Positions 29,333 through 32,000 of a stretch of DNA of 32,000 nucleotides are shown here, piece after piece. Origin of the DNA: Acholeplasma laidlawii PG-8A (GTDB lineage: Bacteria > Bacillota_I > Bacilli_A > Acholeplasmatales > Acholeplasmataceae); assembly GCF_000018785.1 (NCBI RefSeq), contig NC_010163.1:1-32000 (forward strand), given 5' to 3'. Position numbers and translations under genes: made by a program. Position 1 is the stretch's first letter; each line of letters opens with the position of its first letter. The notes beneath the pieces are model-generated. The model made no database searches. It saw only the letters and a list, made by a program, of their open reading frames with translations, and was not told the DNA's origin.

Positions 29333-30841
29333 ATGAGAAGGTTTATAAATTTACTAACGAATAGACTTACAATCATTGGACTAATTTTGTTACTTCAAAT
29401 TGGTATTTTATGGTGGTTTGTCTATGAGTTTGCAGCAACCTGGTATTACCTTCATCTTGTATCTATGATACTTGGTGTGATATTAAGTTTATATATTATT
29501 ACAACCGATGAAAATCCGATGTTTAAATTGATGTGGGTGGTATTTATGATTGTGCTACCTGTGTTTGGTGTACTCTTTTACTTATACGCCAAAACAGAAA
29601 GACTATCTATCTCTTCTTCATCAACCATGAGGCGGATGCAAAAGGTAAGAGAAAATGAGATGCGAAAAATTAAATCCGTTTTTGACCCTAAGTACTTAAA
29701 ACAACAAAAATACCTAACCAATTTAAATTTCCCATCTTTTAAAAACACATCTTCCATTTTTTTAGGTAGTGGTGAAGAAAAACAAACTGAACTTTTAAGA
29801 GAACTTAAAAAAGCAAAACACTTCATCTTCATGGAATACTTTATTATCACGATTTCTAAGATGTGGGATGAAATATTACAGGTTCTTATAGAAAAACAAA
29901 AACAAGGTGTGGAAATCAGAATCATGTATGATGATTTTGGTTCTGCAACCAAACTTCCATTTTATTATCATAAAAAGTTAACTAAAATGGGAATTAAAGT
30001 TGTTCGTTTTAACCCGATGAAACTACACGTGAACTTTGCTATGAATTTTAGAGATCATAGAAAAATTGTAGTTATAGATAATAGAGTAGCCTTTACTGGT
30101 GGATTTAATATAGGAGATGAATATACAAATAAGAAAAAAGTATTTGGTCACTGGAATGATGCTGGTATCATGATTGAAGGTGAAGCTGTTTGGAGTATGA
30201 CAATGCTCTTTTTAGAAAACTGGTCGTTTTCTAAAAAAGATGATACAACTGATTTTTCAAAATATAACATCAAATATCCACCAATTATAAATGATGCAAT
30301 CTATATTCCGTTTGGAGATATCCCGGTAGATAATAATCTAACAGCTAAAAATATATATCTACACTTAATTAATGATGCACAGCAGACAATTTATATTACT
30401 GCACCGTACTTAATTTTAGATAATGAAATCGCAACCGCACTTAAACTAGCCGCTCAAAGTGGTGTCGATGTACACATCATTATGCCAAGTATACCGGATA
30501 AGAGATTTGTATATATGGTGTCAAAATCATATGCGGAAGAACTTGTTCATAGCGGAGTTAAAATTTATAGATATAAACCAGGGTTTATCCACTCTAAGAT
30601 GATTATTTGTGATAAAGAAGCAGCGATGATTGGATCAAGTAATTTAGACTTTAGAAGCTTATACATGCACTTAGAAAACAACTTATGGTTGAATGATATA
30701 AAAACTATTTCTAATATGGTTAATTATTATGAATACACACTCAAAGAAAGTGAACGTATTACAATCAAAGACTTCACTAAGAGAAATATTATCTATAGAG
30801 TAGTACAGGCAGTATTAAAGGGTTTCTCGCCATTATTATAA
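29333..30841 (+). CDS. cls: Cardiolipin synthase (PLD superfamily, two HKD motifs)
   Basis: 502 aa. Two N-terminal TM segments, HKD-1 HRKIVVIDNRVAFTGGFNIGDEY and HKD-2 HSKMIICDKEAAMIGSSNLDFRS. RBS AAAGGAG. Confidence 0.9.
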   Translation: MRRFINLLTNRLTIIGLILLLQIGILWWFVYEFAATWYYLHLVSMILGVILSLYIITTDENPMFKLMWVVFMIVLPVFGVLFYLYAKTERLSISSSSTMRRMQKVRENEMRKIKSVFDPKYLKQQKYLTNLNFPSFKNTSSIFLGSGEEKQTELLRELKKAKHFIFMEYFIITISKMWDEILQVLIEKQKQGVEIRIMYDDFGSATKLPFYYHKKLTKMGIKVVRFNPMKLHVNFAMNFRDHRKIVVIDNRVAFTGGFNIGDEYTNKKKVFGHWNDAGIMIEGEAVWSMTMLFLENWSFSKKDDTTDFSKYNIKYPPIINDAIYIPFGDIPVDNNLTAKNIYLHLINDAQQTIYITAPYLILDNEIATALKLAAQSGVDVHIIMPSIPDKRFVYMVSKSYAEELVHSGVKIYRYKPGFIHSKMIICDKEAAMIGSSNLDFRSLYMHLENNLWLNDIKTISNMVNYYEYTLKESERITIKDFTKRNIIYRVVQAVLKGFSPLL

Positions 30842-30895
30842 AATGAATATATTAAGCTATTATAAAGAAATAACCTTATACGAGGGGATTTAAGA

Positions 30896-31135
30896 ATGGG
30901 AAAAGATTACAAATTTATTAAAAACGGAATAAAGGTTGCACAAATACGTGCTATAGGCTCAGTGATTTTGGGATTAATGGTATTATTTGGTGGAATATAT
31001 ATTGTTAATTTGTATGAGACAGAAGATGAAAAAATAACGGTAATTATTGCTACAATTGCACTGTTTTTCTTGTTTATTATTGCTTTCTACTCAAACATAA
31101 GGGCAATCAAAAAGTATAAAAGTTTTTTAGAATAG
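30896..31135 (+). CDS. Small hypothetical membrane protein (two TM segments)
   Basis: 79-aa ORF with a GAGGGG RBS and TM stretches IGSVILGLMVLFGGIYIV and VIIATIALFFLFIIAFY. No family recognised. Confidence 0.5.
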   Translation: MGKDYKFIKNGIKVAQIRAIGSVILGLMVLFGGIYIVNLYETEDEKITVIIATIALFFLFIIAFYSNIRAIKKYKSFLE

Positions 31136-31156
31136 AAGACAAACAAATAATAAAAT

Positions 31157-31190
31157 AACGGTTTGATACCTAAGCATCAAACCGTTTTTA
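31157..31190. terminator. Bidirectional rho-independent terminator between convergent genes
   Basis: 11-bp stem AACGGTTTGAT (31157-31167) / ATCAAACCGTT (31176-31186), 8-nt loop. TTTT follows on the plus strand and an A-rich run precedes it, giving a T run on the minus strand. Confidence 0.8.
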
Positions 31191-32000
31191 CTATTTATTA
31201 CTATGTATTTTTTCATTTCTTGGCATATTTGTAATACGACTTACTTCATCAATTTCATTGAATTGTTCAATGTAACCTACTACATGCGGTTCTAATTTGT
31301 TTTTTTCAATAACACTTAGTGATATACCGTGGTGAGCTGTCATATGTTGAAGCACAGTTTCTATAATATCTCTTGGGATTATATCTTTTGGTTTGTTTTT
31401 AACTTCATCGAAGAATCGTAATGCATAGATACTAGAAATTGTTTCATGACCTTTGTAGTGTCCATTGTACTTAGCTTGAGATTTACCAAGATCATGTAAT
31501 GCGGAAACAATGTGCATAACTGGATCATGTGAATTTTTAATACACATATCGATATGTGTGTCAATATCTTCTAAATGATAAGGAGTTTCATGATTCTCGT
31601 TTAAACGTTCAAACTCTGGCATATATGCAGCGGAAATGTATCTTCTAACAGTCTCATAGATTCCATCTTTTAAAGCACTATTAATAAAGTCATTATATTC
31701 CGTATTGGAATTTAAGAATGTAGACTGACTAATAATCTTATAGTTATCACAATCTACTCCAACTCTAGGTGGTGCCATAAATTTATACATGTGCTCAATA
31801 ATATGAAAAGGTACTACCTTTTCAAAAGAACGCTTCTCATTTTGATATTTTGCAAACATAAGTGGTTCTAGGACCATATGAATTTCTACAGTATATCCAC
31901 GTGCCTTGAATTTTTCATAAAGCGATGTACGAAGGGCTCTTGAAATATTGGTTGCATCAAAAATTAAGGAGTCATCATAAGAAAAGACACGATCGTGTAA
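31191..32000 (-). CDS. Partial CDS (5' end outside the window): P-loop polynucleotide-kinase-like domain fused to a C-terminal HD phosphohydrolase domain
   Basis: The frame stays open upstream of the track's ATG at 31877 to the window edge (LHDRVFSYDDSLIFDATNISRALRTSLYEKFKARGYTVEIHMVLEPL...). This resembles the C-terminal part of AAA_33/PNK-type kinases (DATN...R). The downstream part carries HD-domain signatures (HLEDIDTHIDMCIKN, SALHDLGKSQAKYNGHYKGHE). Confidence 0.6.
   Translation of the reverse strand, partial: LHDRVFSYDDSLIFDATNISRALRTSLYEKFKARGYTVEIHMVLEPLMFAKYQNEKRSFEKVVPFHIIEHMYKFMAPPRVGVDCDNYKIISQSTFLNSNTEYNDFINSALKDGIYETVRRYISAAYMPEFERLNENHETPYHLEDIDTHIDMCIKNSHDPVMHIVSALHDLGKSQAKYNGHYKGHETISSIYALRFFDEVKNKPKDIIPRDIIETVLQHMTAHHGISLSVIEKNKLEPHVVGYIEQFNEIDEVSRITNMPRNEKIHSNK

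Noticed and set aside
29578-29952. 124-aa minus-strand ORF within cls
   Set aside because: It is antisense to a gene with clear HKD motifs and has no independent support. The same reasoning applies to the other nested or antisense track ORFs: 975-1157, 5246-5464, 6795-7194, 8110-8301, 11040-11273, 16066-16263, 17955-18245, 20469-20723, 21385-21645, 21864-22082, 24297-24482, 28291-28530, 28658-28969 and 31379-31564.

Overview
This window is the chromosomal origin region of a low-GC genome that uses the standard genetic code. TGA acts as a stop and Trp is TGG, because long genes such as gyrA and mfd stay open. The gene content fits a Firmicutes/Tenericutes organism, possibly Acholeplasma-like, but that taxon is only a guess.

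Gene order: oriC DnaA boxes, dnaA, dnaN, yaaA (S4-like), recF, gyrB, gyrA, a fused MacB-type ABC transporter, T-box::serS, an OmpR-type regulator with its histidine kinase, HIT (reverse strand), pduL, an HD hydrolase, rnmV, rsmA/ksgA, spoVG, prs, pth, mfd, a CofE-family ligase homologue, an aminotransferase, a Maa-type acetyltransferase, a small membrane protein, cardiolipin synthase, a second small membrane protein, and a reverse-strand kinase-HD fusion that runs off the window.

The main anomaly is that the essential beta-clamp gene dnaN is broken twice:
- A complete 1329-bp IS10-type element (1997-3325) sits inside it, flanked by a perfect 9-bp target duplication TGCTTTACC. The element is visibly GC-richer than its surroundings.
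- A separate 1-nt frameshift lies near 1820-1824.

The most economical reading is IS10 transposition from an E. coli cloning host into a toxic origin clone, meaning an assembly or cloning artefact rather than native biology. This needs checking against reads or native DNA.

I found no convincing new multi-gene system such as a defence island or CRISPR array, and no tRNA or rRNA genes. The best functional puzzles are the CofE-like ligase coupled to mfd, the stand-alone pduL, and the kinase-HD fusion at the right edge. All family assignments come from motifs read in the translations and from memory; no searches were run.
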